Shown here: positions 9,702 to 19,376 of the stretch, one piece after another | Numbering within the stretch: position 1 is the first letter of the stretch | Layout of the letters: every line of letters starts with the position of its first letter | NCBI GenBank assembly: GCA_049688075.1 | Contig: JBAVKA010000034.1 | Coordinates: 1 to 42,853, forward strand | DNA: 42,853 bases | Direction: 5' to 3' | From: Gammaproteobacteria bacterium | GTDB lineage: Bacteria; Pseudomonadota; Gammaproteobacteria; UBA9214 | Program-made: the position numbers and the translations under genes | The notes under the pieces: generated by a model | Told to the model about the DNA's origin: nothing | What the model saw: only the letters and a program-made list of their open reading frames with translations | Database searches by the model: none

Positions 9702-11267
9702 TCAGCCCGCGGGGGGCAGCTGGAACGTGGCGGAATTGATCCACATGTGAGTCAGGATAGACGCGGCGTAGCCCAGCAGGATGACCGGTGCCCACCTGAG
9801 ATGTCCAAAAAATGTGTACCTGCCCTGCGCCTGACCCATCAGCGCGACACCCGCCGCCGAGCCGATAGACAGCAGACTCCCGCCGACACCCGCGGTCAGG
9901 GTAACCAGCAACCAGTGACCGAGCGACATGTCCGGATTCATGGAGAGCACCGCAAACATAACCGGTATGTTGTCGACAATGGCTGAGATGATGCCGACTG
10001 AAGCGTTCGCAAAGGTCGGGCCCATATCGACATAAATAATCTCGGACAGCAATCCCAGATAGCCGATGAATCCCAGGCCGCCGACGCAGAGTACGACGCC
10101 ATAGAAAAACAGCAATGTGTCCCACTCGGCACGGGCCATGCGCCGGAATATGTCGAATGGTTTGCCTTGCATGGAAATATGGCTTATATCACCGATGATT
10201 TCCGTGTCCTGATTTGTCGGGCGGTGCGATTTGCGCAGGTAGTAACCGAAGAACTGCAGGTAGGCAAGACCCGTCATCATGCCGAGGAATGGCGGCAGGT
10301 GCAGGAATTTATGAAAATAGATTGTGGTCAGGATCGTGGCGGCAAACAGAAGCATGATGCGTTTGCCGCCCCTGCGCACCTTGATCTGTTCCTCCTTGCC
10401 GGGTGGATGTCCGGCGGGAATGGCAAAGTGCATGAAAGCAGCCGGCACCAGAAAATTAACCAGGGAGGGGATGAACAGCAGGAGGAAATCGTTAAACTCA
10501 ACCAGACCCCTCTGCCATACCATCAGCGTGGTGATGTCACCGAACGGGGAAAACGCCCCGCCTGCGTTGGCGGCAACAACAATATTGACACACCCCGGAG
10601 TGATGAACCGGTTGTTGTCCTTGCCGACCGCAAGCAACACGGCACACATAATCAGCGACGTGGTCAGGTTGTCCAGTATCGGCGACAGAACGAATGCCAT
10701 CCCACCCGTCAGCCAGAACAGGCTGCGGTAGCCGAAACCCTTGCGTACCAGCCAGGAACGCAGTGCTTCGAACAACAGGCGCTCATCCATGGCGTTGACA
10801 TACGTCATGGCCGACAACAGGAACAGAAAAAGTTCGGAGAATTCGACCAGATTGTCACGCAGGGCCGATTCAACCATGTGGCTGTCGTCAAGACCCGCAT
10901 AGACGAAGGCGATCATCCCCCAGATGACGCCGGCCGCCAGGATCACGGGTTTCGACTTGCGCAAGTGGGTGAATTCCTCCGCCATAACCGCAAGATAAGC
11001 GATGAAAAAAACCAGCAGTGCGGTATGGCCGACGCTTGTCCGGGTCAGATCATGCGCCAGGGATCCGTCAGTTGCGGCCTGGGTTACTGTCGGAGCAGTC
11101 AACAACCCTGCCAGGACCAGAATTATTGTCGTGAAGAATTGCACCGGTTTTCGTTCTGCTCGATTACTCGCATTCTCTAAGGTTCGGCACACCGGTCGTG
11201 GTGGGTCTCGGGTTCCCGGGTATTGATGACGGTAATCACACTGGCGGGCATTGACGGTACCGGGCAC
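9702..11267 (-). CDS. NhaD/ArsB-superfamily Na+/H+ antiporter (polytopic membrane protein)
   Basis: About 500 aa, highly hydrophobic, with an NhaD-like layout. The track start 11267 is a GTG and the first roughly 40 residues are non-hydrophobic. The true start may be further downstream, for example GTG 11144 (VQFFTTIILVLAG...). Confidence 0.8.
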   Translation of the reverse strand: MPGTVNARQCDYRHQYPGTRDPPRPVCRTLENASNRAERKPVQFFTTIILVLAGLLTAPTVTQAATDGSLAHDLTRTSVGHTALLVFFIAYLAVMAEEFTHLRKSKPVILAAGVIWGMIAFVYAGLDDSHMVESALRDNLVEFSELFLFLLSAMTYVNAMDERLLFEALRSWLVRKGFGYRSLFWLTGGMAFVLSPILDNLTTSLIMCAVLLAVGKDNNRFITPGCVNIVVAANAGGAFSPFGDITTLMVWQRGLVEFNDFLLLFIPSLVNFLVPAAFMHFAIPAGHPPGKEEQIKVRRGGKRIMLLFAATILTTIYFHKFLHLPPFLGMMTGLAYLQFFGYYLRKSHRPTNQDTEIIGDISHISMQGKPFDIFRRMARAEWDTLLFFYGVVLCVGGLGFIGYLGLLSEIIYVDMGPTFANASVGIISAIVDNIPVMFAVLSMNPDMSLGHWLLVTLTAGVGGSLLSIGSAAGVALMGQAQGRYTFFGHLRWAPVILLGYAASILTHMWINSATFQLPPAG

Positions 11268-11463
11268 CGCTGCAAGCGGCCACCGGCAGGTAACTCAATT
11301 CTCTCCCCTGGCACATGGCTGCTTGCCCGTCGTGATCAGGGCGCGTGAATCTTCTTGTTGCAGCGGCTTCATCATAGGCAGGGGAAGCCGGGTATGCAAC
11401 CGCTCTTCTTTTTCCGATGCTCCCCGTCGGGTGTTCTGCAGCGGGACGGCAATAACCAGGGCA

Positions 11464-11685
11464 TTACGAATAAAGGTGCTGACGACGGCGGTCGTGAACC
11501 CGCCTTGAGGAGATTGCATCCGGGCTATTATCCAGGCAGGGACATTCTTCGGATCCGGAGCCCTGGTTCATGTGTTGCTTTTTTGATAATTTCAAATGAA
11601 CCATCGGACGACGATGTTGTTCAATTTTCGTTCCGGCTGTTTGCGCCGGTTTCAGGGATATGACTTTTCCTGTTCTAGGATCCAT
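11464..11685 (-). CDS. small Arg-rich hypothetical protein (73 aa), possible paralog of the ORF at 11827..12168
   Basis: AGGAG lies just upstream of ATG 11685. The C-terminus CPCLDNSPDAISSRRVHDRRRQ aligns with FPLVDCQGITVMCDRRRLTDRRK of the neighbouring ORF. There is no other support. Confidence 0.35.
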   Translation of the reverse strand: MDPRTGKVISLKPAQTAGTKIEQHRRPMVHLKLSKKQHMNQGSGSEECPCLDNSPDAISSRRVHDRRRQHLYS

Positions 11686-11826
11686 GCACTCCTGTCATCG
11701 GACGTCTTCGTTCATTCATGGTCATGGGGTCGATTGATTTTGGAAAAGGGAAATTCACAAAATGAATTTTCAGATGTTCATCAAGAATACTTAGTGCCCT
11801 CTGGCCGACAGGTCTCTGGCGATTGA

Positions 11827-12168
11827 TCAGTTGGTATGCCCTGTCGATAACCTGGAGAGGATGGCCATCAGGTTGTCGAGATCACCGTGAGTCTTGCGCC
11901 TGTCAGTTAACCTTCTGCGGTCGCACATGACCGTGATTCCCTGGCAGTCCACGAGAGGGAACTCATGGGGCAGATCCCATCGGCGATTTCCCTTTTGTCT
12001 TGTGATGATTTTCATTACTTCGACCGGCAACACTTCTAGAATGGCTGTTAGCGACAGACTTCCGTCAGAACCCGGGGTGCATAACCGGCGAATCGGGTCC
12101 ATGAATGCCGCGAGCCGTACAGGTATCGCCTTCCCGGGACTGTGAGCATCAGGGATATCCGGAGGCAT
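11827..12168 (-). CDS. small Arg-rich hypothetical protein (core probably starts at ATG 12015, 62 aa)
   Basis: The core MKIITRQKGNRRWDLPHEFPLVDCQGITVMCDRRRLTDRRK... aligns with the ORF at 21494..21670 (RR..LP...FPL....G......RR.L..RR). The maximal ORF is 113 aa. Confidence 0.5.
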   Translation of the reverse strand: MPPDIPDAHSPGKAIPVRLAAFMDPIRRLCTPGSDGSLSLTAILEVLPVEVMKIITRQKGNRRWDLPHEFPLVDCQGITVMCDRRRLTDRRKTHGDLDNLMAILSRLSTGHTN

Positions 12169-12546
12169 TTATTCATAAAATCCGGACCTCCATCTGGCCT
12201 GACGAGTGGCCGGGCATTCGGGTCTGATTAACCAGCTACTTTCAAGATAGTGGAGTTGCGGGGTGGAGACAATTAGGGGAATTACGTATATAGCACGCCA
12301 GGTTTGCCATTGGCGGATTTCGATCCGGCCGGTAGTCCGGGGGAATTTCAATACGGGAGTCCAGTGGTTTGGCGGGTTCCGATGCCGGAAACTACCCCCG
12401 CCCGGCTACTTGTTCCCGGTAACGCCAGACACGGCGAAATGCTGGCTGGCAGTAAGGGTTCTGTTTGACAGGGATCATTGCATGCTACCGGTTTGGTGGC
12501 TATTTTTACAATTGAGGCAGGAAAAAACGACGAAGGAGGTTGTGCC

Positions 12547-12780
12547 ATGGGGACCAAATGGGCAGAGGTTACTCTACATATAGACGAAGAGACGACACAC
12601 GATCAACGTGAAAATTTTCGTGACCGGTTACTTGGCAAGGATGGAGTGATTACCGCGTCATGTCATGATGAAAGGCCGCATTCAATGTTGATTGAATATG
12701 ACCCGGAGATTATCAACTCGAGGGAGTTTCTAACAGAAGCGAGCAACACGGATTTGCATGCCGAGTTGATTGGTTTCTAG
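12547..12780 (+). CDS. small hypothetical protein (77 aa) with an HMA/ferredoxin-like sequence pattern but no CxxC
   Basis: A strong SD (AAGGAGG, 12533-12539) lies 7 nt before ATG 12547. The pattern VTLHID...F...L....GV......PH...IEYDP resembles a heavy-metal-associated fold without the metal-binding cysteines. Confidence 0.6.
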   Translation: MGTKWAEVTLHIDEETTHDQRENFRDRLLGKDGVITASCHDERPHSMLIEYDPEIINSREFLTEASNTDLHAELIGF

Positions 12781-13610
12781 CTCGGGTCGATCGCCGGCGC
12801 GTGACGGCGTTGCATTTCCTTCCGGTGTGTCAACCATCCGGCGAGCAGGATGCAGAGGCTGACAATGGCCACAATCAGTGTGGCGAGGGCATTGATTTGC
12901 GGGCTGACGCCAAGCCGTACGCTGGAGTAGACCACCATGGGCAGGGTGGTGGCGCCGGGGCCTGATACGAAACTGGCGATAACAAGATCATCCAGAGACA
13001 GGGTAAAGGCCAGTAGCCAGCCTGCCAGCAGGGACGGTGCAATGATGGGGAGGGTAATCAGCAGGAAAACCTTCCATGGCCGCGCGCCCAGATCCATGGC
13101 CGCCTCTTCCAGCGATGTGTCGAATTGAGACAGGCGGGACTGGACCACCACGGTGACGTACGCCGCACTGAAAGTGATATGGGCAAGTGTAATGGTGGTG
13201 AGACCGCGTCCGCCCGGCCAGCCGATCAGATGTTCCATCGTCACGAACAGCAGCAGCGAGGCGAGGCCCAGGATGACATCGGGCATCACCAGTGGCGCGC
13301 TGACCATGGTGGAAAAAAGGGCGCGCCCCCGGAATCTGCCGAAACGCACGAGGGTGATCGCGGCGAGGGTTCCAAGTACGATCGAGAGGGTTGCATTCAT
13401 GGTGGCGATACGCAGACTCAGCCAGGCAGCAGAGAGTATCTGATCGTTGTGCAGCAGCTCGCCATACCATCGGGTGGAGAAACCGCCCCACACCGTGACC
13501 AGCCGCGAGCTGTTGAAGGAGTACACGATCAGGGAGATGATCGGGATGTAGAGAAACGCATAGCCAAACGCCAGCAGGGTAAACAGCAGGAAGGGTTGAC
13601 GGCGATTCAT
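12777..13610 (-). CDS. potI: polyamine ABC transporter permease (PotI-like)
   Basis: 277-aa, six-TM protein with the EAA loop LEEAAMDLGARPWKVF. It is the last gene of the operon and overlaps the upstream permease by 4 nt. Confidence 0.9.
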   Translation of the reverse strand: MNRRQPFLLFTLLAFGYAFLYIPIISLIVYSFNSSRLVTVWGGFSTRWYGELLHNDQILSAAWLSLRIATMNATLSIVLGTLAAITLVRFGRFRGRALFSTMVSAPLVMPDVILGLASLLLFVTMEHLIGWPGGRGLTTITLAHITFSAAYVTVVVQSRLSQFDTSLEEAAMDLGARPWKVFLLITLPIIAPSLLAGWLLAFTLSLDDLVIASFVSGPGATTLPMVVYSSVRLGVSPQINALATLIVAIVSLCILLAGWLTHRKEMQRRHAPAIDPS

Positions 13611-14563
13611 CGTGGCGTCTCACTCTCGCTTTTTTCCTGGGCGTGCTGAAACAGGGTCAATGGGACTACCAGCAGCGCCAGCATAACCACTGCCACCGCG
13701 GATGCTGCCGGCCAGTCGCGGTTTGAAAAAAATTCGGTCCACAGCACCTTCCCTATCATGAGGGAATCCGGTCCGCCGAGCAGATCCGGTATCACGAATT
13801 CACCCACTGCCGGAATGAACACCAGCATGCAACCGGCGATGATGCCCGGTAGTGACAACGGCAGCGTTACCTTCAGAAAGGCTTCCCAAGGACGGCATCC
13901 GAGATCGGCCGCTGCCTCCAGCAACGTCAGGTCCATGCGTGAGAGTGTGGCGTACAGGGGAAGCACCATGAATGGCAGATACGAATAGACGATGCCCAGA
14001 TACACGGCGAAGTCCGTATGCAGCAGGGTCAGGGGTCGATCGATGACACCTAGGTAGAGCAGCAGGTTATTGAGCAGGCCGTTGCTCTTGAGAATGCCGA
14101 TCCAGGCATACACACGGATAAGGAAGCTCGTCCAGAAGGGCAGGATGATCATCATCAGCAGGAGGTTGCGCAGTGAGTCGCGGGTGCGTGCGATGGCGTA
14201 GGCCATGGGGTAGCCGAGCAGCAGGCATACCAGGGTCGAGATGCCGGCAATCTTGAGCGACTTCAGGTAGGAGATCAGATAAAGCGGGTCCTCCCACAGT
14301 CGCCGGTAATTTTCCAGATGCAGCTGGATTTGCAGTGTACTGTCGTCAAGGATTTGCCACAGGGGCGAATAGGGCGGCCGAGCGAGCAGAACTTCCGCCA
14401 GGCTGATCTTGAGCACGATCACGAACGGCAGGATAAAGAACACCAGCAGCCAAAGGTAAGGCAGCGCGATGACCAGACGCCGCCCGAGGTGTCCGGTGAG
14501 GAGATCGCCCAGCCATGTGCCGGCGCTGCGTATGGAGCTATTGATGGCTGTCCGCCGGTTCAA
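13607..14563 (-). CDS. potH: polyamine ABC transporter permease (PotH-like)
   Basis: 318-aa membrane protein with the EAA loop LLEAAADLGCRPWEAF. It overlaps the flanking genes by 4 nt on each side. Confidence 0.9.
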   Translation of the reverse strand: MNRRTAINSSIRSAGTWLGDLLTGHLGRRLVIALPYLWLLVFFILPFVIVLKISLAEVLLARPPYSPLWQILDDSTLQIQLHLENYRRLWEDPLYLISYLKSLKIAGISTLVCLLLGYPMAYAIARTRDSLRNLLLMMIILPFWTSFLIRVYAWIGILKSNGLLNNLLLYLGVIDRPLTLLHTDFAVYLGIVYSYLPFMVLPLYATLSRMDLTLLEAAADLGCRPWEAFLKVTLPLSLPGIIAGCMLVFIPAVGEFVIPDLLGGPDSLMIGKVLWTEFFSNRDWPAASAVAVVMLALLVVPLTLFQHAQEKSESETPR

Positions 14564-15717
14564 GATGCAAACACCACGCCGCTGTCCGGCATCCAGGAAA
14601 GATAGACTTCCTGATCCCAGGTGAGCGGGGTTTCTGTGAGTCGCGCGAGATTGGTGAGTTGTACCCGCATCTGCTGGCCGGTTGGCAACCGTACCAGATA
14701 GATGGAAACATCGCCGAGATAGGCGAAGTCGGTGATTACGCCCCTGACAGTGTTGTATCCGGCGGCGGGCGCCTGCTCGGAGGCCAGCAGTTTTTCGGGA
14801 CGCACAGCCACCGTGACCGGCGTTCCTTCCGGAAGGGGTTGCTTGTGCGTCATGACCAGATCGCAGCCGAGACTCTCGGAACGAATCAGCAGTCGTTCGC
14901 CTTCCTGTTCCACCACGCGACCCTCGATGCTGTTCACCGCACCGATGAATTCCGCCACGTGTCTGCTGGCCGGGTACTCATAGACGCTGGTCGGTGTGCC
15001 CACCTGCTCGATACGGCCGGCTTCCATCACCGCGATGCGGGTGGACACGGTCATCGCTTCTTCCTGGTCGTGGGTCACCATGATGAAGGTGGTGCCCACA
15101 CGTTCCTGGATGTTGACCAGTTCGAACTGGGTATGTTCGCGCAGTTTCTTGTCCAGCGCCGCGAGGGGTTCGTCGAGGAGCAGGAGTTTGGGTTGTCTCG
15201 CCAGCGAACGGATGAGTGCGACCCGCTGACGCTGCCCGCCGGAAAGCTGCTCCGGCTTGCGGCGCGCGAAGGGCTTCATGCGCACCAGTTCCAGCAGGTC
15301 TGCCACGCGATCGCGGATCTCGCCCTTGCCGAGCTTCTGCTGCTTCAGTCCGAACGCGACATTCTGCTCCACGGTCATGTGCGGAAACAGCGCATAGGAC
15401 TGGAACATCATGTTGACCGGTCGTGCGTAGGGCGGTATCCGGGTCATATCCGCGCCATCGATGAGGATGCGTCCCGAGGTCGGCTGCTCCAGTCCCGCGA
15501 GCATGCGCAGCAGGGTGCTCTTGCCGCAGCCGGAACCTCCGAGCAGACAGAAGAATTCGCCCTGGTAGATATCCAGCGTTACCCCGTCGACGGCATAGGT
15601 TGTGTCGAATACCTTGGTGACGTTGTCTATGTGTACGAAGGGTTTGGCCGCGGGGTCGCGCCAGGGTTCCTGGGGTGTTTTTACGGATTGGGGCTGGGTC
15701 ATCCTCGGTGTCTTCAC
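14560..15717 (-). CDS. potG: polyamine ABC transporter ATP-binding protein (PotG/PotA-like)
   Basis: Has Walker A GGSGCGKST, signature LSGGQRQRVAL, Walker B LLLLDEP, and a C-terminal TOBE-like region. Confidence 0.93.
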   Translation of the reverse strand: MKTPRMTQPQSVKTPQEPWRDPAAKPFVHIDNVTKVFDTTYAVDGVTLDIYQGEFFCLLGGSGCGKSTLLRMLAGLEQPTSGRILIDGADMTRIPPYARPVNMMFQSYALFPHMTVEQNVAFGLKQQKLGKGEIRDRVADLLELVRMKPFARRKPEQLSGGQRQRVALIRSLARQPKLLLLDEPLAALDKKLREHTQFELVNIQERVGTTFIMVTHDQEEAMTVSTRIAVMEAGRIEQVGTPTSVYEYPASRHVAEFIGAVNSIEGRVVEQEGERLLIRSESLGCDLVMTHKQPLPEGTPVTVAVRPEKLLASEQAPAAGYNTVRGVITDFAYLGDVSIYLVRLPTGQQMRVQLTNLARLTETPLTWDQEVYLSWMPDSGVVFAS

Positions 15718-15794
15718 AGTCTCCAGAGATGACGCCTGTCCCTGCCCGTTACGGGATCCGGGACAGGCCGGTCTTCAGGGCAGCGGCGGGTGTA

Positions 15795-16895
15795 TCATTG
15801 CCCGCTCTTGATGCGGGTCCAGGCACGCACCTTCAGGCGCTGGACCTTGTCCGGCAGTGTCCCGATGGTCACCAGCCGCTGCTTGACGTCCTCGGGGGGG
15901 TAGACGCCCGGATCATCGCGCACCGCTTCATCGATCAGTCCGGTTGCCGCGCGGTTGGCGTTGGCATAGGTCACTTCGTTGCTGATCGTGGCGATCACAT
16001 CGGGTTTCAGCAGGTAGTTGATAAAGGCATAGGCGTTGTCCGTATGCGGGGCGTCCGTGGGGATGGCCATGACATCGATCCAGAGTATGGCGCCCTGTGT
16101 CGGCACGGCGTAGGCGATATGGACATTGTTGCCGGCTTCATCCGCACGGTCCCGGGCCTGCAGCACGTCGCCCGAGTAGCCGTGGGCCACGCAGAGGTCG
16201 CCATTGGCCAGGTCATTGATGTACTGGGACGAGTGAAAGTATTTGATATAGGGCCGCACCTTCTTGAACAGTTCCACGGCCGCCTCGAAGTCCTTGGGGT
16301 CGGTGCTGTTCGGATCCTTGCCCAGGTACATCAGGGCCGCGCTCATGCCCTCCATTTCATCGTCCATCACGCTGATGCCGCAGCCGGCGAGTTTTGAAGC
16401 AATGGCCGGGTCGAAGAGCAGCGCCCAGGTGTCGGTTGGCACATTATCGCCGAGGATGGCCTTGACCTTGTCGACGTTGTAGCCTATGCCGCTGGTCCCC
16501 CACATGTAAGGAACCACGTGTGCGTTGTCCGGGTCCGGCGTCTGCAGCGGTTTGAGTATGGTCGGGTCGAGATTTCCGTAGTTCCCCAGCTTCGACTTGT
16601 CCAGTTTCTGGTACAGACCTGCCTTGATCTGGCGTTCCGCGAAGGGCTGCGCAGTGGGGAAGACCACGTCGTAGCCGCTGCCGCCGGCGAGCAGCTTGGC
16701 CTCCATGACTTCATTGGAGTCGTAGACGTCATAGGTTACCTTGATGCCGGTAGCGGACTGAAAATTTTCCAGGGTATCCGGCGCTATATAGTCTGACCAG
16801 TTGTAGACGTGTACAACCTTGTTATCGGCCCGGACGGAGTTGATGAAGGCGCACAGTATGGCGGCAAGCAGAACGGTCTTCGGTGTGTGCATCAA
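15795..16895 (-). CDS. potF: periplasmic putrescine/spermidine-binding protein (PotF/PotD family)
   Basis: Has a signal peptide, and VYNWSDYI plus the PotD/PotF-family layout. The gene order binding protein, ATPase, permease, permease matches potFGHI. Confidence 0.92.
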   Translation of the reverse strand: MMHTPKTVLLAAILCAFINSVRADNKVVHVYNWSDYIAPDTLENFQSATGIKVTYDVYDSNEVMEAKLLAGGSGYDVVFPTAQPFAERQIKAGLYQKLDKSKLGNYGNLDPTILKPLQTPDPDNAHVVPYMWGTSGIGYNVDKVKAILGDNVPTDTWALLFDPAIASKLAGCGISVMDDEMEGMSAALMYLGKDPNSTDPKDFEAAVELFKKVRPYIKYFHSSQYINDLANGDLCVAHGYSGDVLQARDRADEAGNNVHIAYAVPTQGAILWIDVMAIPTDAPHTDNAYAFINYLLKPDVIATISNEVTYANANRAATGLIDEAVRDDPGVYPPEDVKQRLVTIGTLPDKVQRLKVRAWTRIKSGQ

Positions 16896-17463
16896 AGTTT
16901 CCCTGGCTGCAGGTGTGGGCGAGTAGCGTCGTTTTTCGCATCATGATGTGATGCGCTTCAAAGTCGCCGATATTGGGCACGGCATTTCGGGCTGTCAACC
17001 TATTACAGGAATAAACACGGGACAGGATTGATCTGACGGGATTTACTCTGTGGCATCGCTAAACGGCAGGCTAATTAACGCCGGTTGAGGGATCAGGGTG
17101 TTGTAAGCAATGGGTCAGGCCTGTGATGCGGATGTACTTTGCGGTGATACGGTGCGCGTGGTTGCCGGGGTAGACAGGAAAGATCGGGGGTAACACCTGA
17201 AATCAGGATCAGTATTGCTGTATAAGCGACTGGTGGAAAAAAAGAAAACCTCTGTCTGGAGTACGACACCTGGGGATAAATTGCCCGGTTTTATTAAGGG
17301 CGAATTTCAGATGTGGTTCACATCCAGAAAGAGGCTTCCAGTTATCAAGATACTACACATTCAATGGAGGTCAAGCAGATGGCGTAAATATTTTTCACTG
17401 TCACGCAACGCCCGATATCCCCGGAACTGTCACGGCTGATCTTAGGGTTCTGCCCCTGCCGCA

Positions 17464-17892
17464 TCATGTCTTGAATAATTGGGAATCAATATCTCTGAAC
17501 GCCTTGAATTCCAGTGCATTATCGCTAGGATCCAGCAAAATCATCGTAGCCTGTTCGCCTGGGAGTCCCGGGAATCGTGTATAGGGTTCGATGACGAAAC
17601 GCACATCTTTTCCTCTAAGCGTCCCTACGAGCGCATTCCATTGATCCATCTCCAGCACGACACCAAAATGCGGAACCGGAACCGCATGCCCGTCAACCGG
17701 ATTGCTGTTTGACCCGGCGCAATCTCGATTCTGGTCCGGGGGAGCAAGATGGCAGACCAGTTGATGTCCATAGAAATTGAAATCCACCCAGGTGCTGGAA
17801 CTGCGTCCCTCCGGGCAGCCCAGCAAACCCGTGTAGAAATTACGCGCCGTCGCGATATCGGTTACCTTGATGGCGAGGTGAAATGGCGGCAT
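17464..17892 (-). CDS. VOC (glyoxalase/bleomycin-resistance/dioxygenase fold) family protein
   Basis: From ATG 17892: MPPFHLAIKVTDIATARNFYTGLLGC...HFGVVL...ALEFKAF, which is typical of the VOC fold. The track's longer ORF (to 18102) would overlap the upstream gene. Confidence 0.85.
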   Translation of the reverse strand: MPPFHLAIKVTDIATARNFYTGLLGCPEGRSSSTWVDFNFYGHQLVCHLAPPDQNRDCAGSNSNPVDGHAVPVPHFGVVLEMDQWNALVGTLRGKDVRFVIEPYTRFPGLPGEQATMILLDPSDNALEFKAFRDIDSQLFKT

Positions 17893-17941
17893 ACGCTTGA
17901 GCAATCGGGTTGCCAGGCTGGTGTTTCGCCGGTGACCCGGG

Positions 17942-19039
17942 TTATTTCCGGAAAGTCCAGTAGCGTACCCCATTGGATTCCAGTGGCTTGAGGCCAAAAC
18001 GATCATCGGCGCGCTGTCCGGTCTGCAAAAGCGCAAAAATATCTTCCATAATGCGCCTGTCCTCGGCAAAGTAGGAATGCCCCAGCAGGCCACCGGAGAC
18101 ATCGCTTGCGTCTACTGTCTCGACTCCGCTGACTACCACAAGCCCTTCTCCGGTTTCCCCCGCACGCGGATAGCCGTGAAAGGCCTTGGAGGCCATCAGG
18201 GCGCGATCGTTCGACGAGGCATAGACTGTTACATGAATCCCGGTGCGTGCGAGGCGCGGGGCCATATCCAGGCGGAAAACATCGGCATCGATGTCCGGTG
18301 CGATCATGACGATCTCCCGGAATACGATGAGATCCCCATCCGGACGGTCGCTGGCAAGCGCTGTCATGGCCCGACCGATGATTCGGTTGCCCATGCTGTG
18401 ACCAACAAGGTAGATGTTCTGTGCCTGGATGGTTTCGAGCAGCGTCGTAAGCAACTGGACAAAATCGGCCTGTGCCCATTCCGCGTTTGTTTCGTCCACG
18501 GTGTAGCCTGTCAGGCTGCCTTGCGATGGCCAGCTGAATATAACGACCGGACCTGAAAATTTCAGGTCATTGGCAAACTGCGCCACGACTCGACTTGTCT
18601 CGAGAAACTCGGTGTTGTATCCAGGCACGAATATACTGATTTTGCCATCGGGAGACTCGGCTACCGCCTCGGATAGTCGCTTGAGAAAGTCATCCCGTGT
18701 CAGGGTGGTGACATTGCGCACCTTGATGTGTTTGTTTTCATCGGCGGTGGATTCGAGCTTGAGCAGGGACGGTTCCTCCTGTCGGCCCATGACATGGCCC
18801 GGGGGTATTCCGACCTCGGTGATACCGTAGCTCATATCGCCGCGATTCACACCGTAATAGGCGCTGTCTTCGGCATCCGGTGCGCGGTCGGTCGCAAAGA
18901 AGACCTTGACCTGATGCGGCAATGCCGCGGCGTCAGTCGACTGCTCACGGGAATCGCCGAGAATCCCGCAGCCGGAGATGCCTGCGATCAATGCACAGAA
19001 TAAAAGAGTAAGTTTGATTCGATATGAACGATTCAGCAT
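17942..19039 (-). CDS. alpha/beta hydrolase lipoprotein (DUF900-type esterase)
   Basis: From ATG 19039: MLNRSYRIKLTLLFCALIAGISGC, a lipoprotein signal with lipobox. It has a GHSMGN nucleophile elbow and a DUF900-like layout. The track start 19066 is a TTG. Confidence 0.85.
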   Translation of the reverse strand: MLNRSYRIKLTLLFCALIAGISGCGILGDSREQSTDAAALPHQVKVFFATDRAPDAEDSAYYGVNRGDMSYGITEVGIPPGHVMGRQEEPSLLKLESTADENKHIKVRNVTTLTRDDFLKRLSEAVAESPDGKISIFVPGYNTEFLETSRVVAQFANDLKFSGPVVIFSWPSQGSLTGYTVDETNAEWAQADFVQLLTTLLETIQAQNIYLVGHSMGNRIIGRAMTALASDRPDGDLIVFREIVMIAPDIDADVFRLDMAPRLARTGIHVTVYASSNDRALMASKAFHGYPRAGETGEGLVVVSGVETVDASDVSGGLLGHSYFAEDRRIMEDIFALLQTGQRADDRFGLKPLESNGVRYWTFRK

Positions 19040-19249
19040 AACGGCAAATGTGAACAAAATGGACAAATGACCTTATCAGGAGAGAACGATAGCAACTCAA
19101 ACAATCTTTGACCATGGCCAGCTTGGTAGAGTGCTGCATTGGAACGGCTGACTGGTGCAGACGTCGGTTGCAGGCAAAGGTTCCCATCCCGTCTTGCCTG
19201 TGGATGTATCGAAGATCAGGGGTCTGTGTGCGCTGAAATCCCGATGATA

Positions 19250-19326
19250 TGGCGTCCCGGAGAGGAATCGAACCTCCGACCTAGCGCTTAGGAGGCGCTT
19301 GCTCTATCCGACTGAGCTACCGGGAC
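19250..19326 (-). tRNA. tRNA-Arg (anticodon CCT)
   Basis: The reverse complement GTCCCGGTAGCTCAGTCGGATAGAGCAAGCGCCTCCTAAGCGCTAGGTCGGAGGTTCGATTCCTCTCCGGGACGCCA folds as a cloverleaf. The 7-bp acceptor stem is perfect, the anticodon loop is CTCCTAA, and CCA is encoded. Confidence 0.93.
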
Positions 19327-19340
19327 CTGATATCGATATA

Positions 19341-19367
19341 AATCAAAAGGCCAGATGGAGTCTGGCC
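19341..19367 (-). terminator. hairpin plus T-tract between the tRNA-Ala 3' fragment and tRNA-Arg
   Basis: On the minus strand, GGCCAGA-CTCCA-TCTGGCC is followed by TTTTGATTT. Confidence 0.45.
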
Positions 19368-19376
19368 AGCACTTGT

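Noticed and set aside
11302-11320. A TGGCAC...TTGC motif (TGGCACATGGCTGCTTGC) near the antiporter start.
   Set aside because: Neither GC dinucleotide is at the correct 10-nt distance from GG, and there is no plus-strand gene downstream.
11827-12015. The RRxxxR strings in the Arg-rich small ORFs (RRLTDR and RRVHDR) as PilZ-type c-di-GMP binding motifs.
   Set aside because: The spacing is not consistent across the members (RRTLPTR and RRKQPDR have four intervening residues). No D/NxSxxG second half follows, and the motif is C-terminal rather than N-terminal. The resemblance is only superficial.
16966-16973. A sigma-28 -10-like GCCGATAT in the potF upstream region.
   Set aside because: There is no TAAA element 15 nt upstream. 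It also lies on the plus strand, pointing away from potF, with no downstream ORF.
17215-17439. A 74-aa ORF in the AT-rich potF/VOC intergenic region.
   Set aside because: The sequence is Lys/Arg-rich and low-complexity, with no RBS and no recognisable motif. It is likely spurious in AT-rich spacer DNA.
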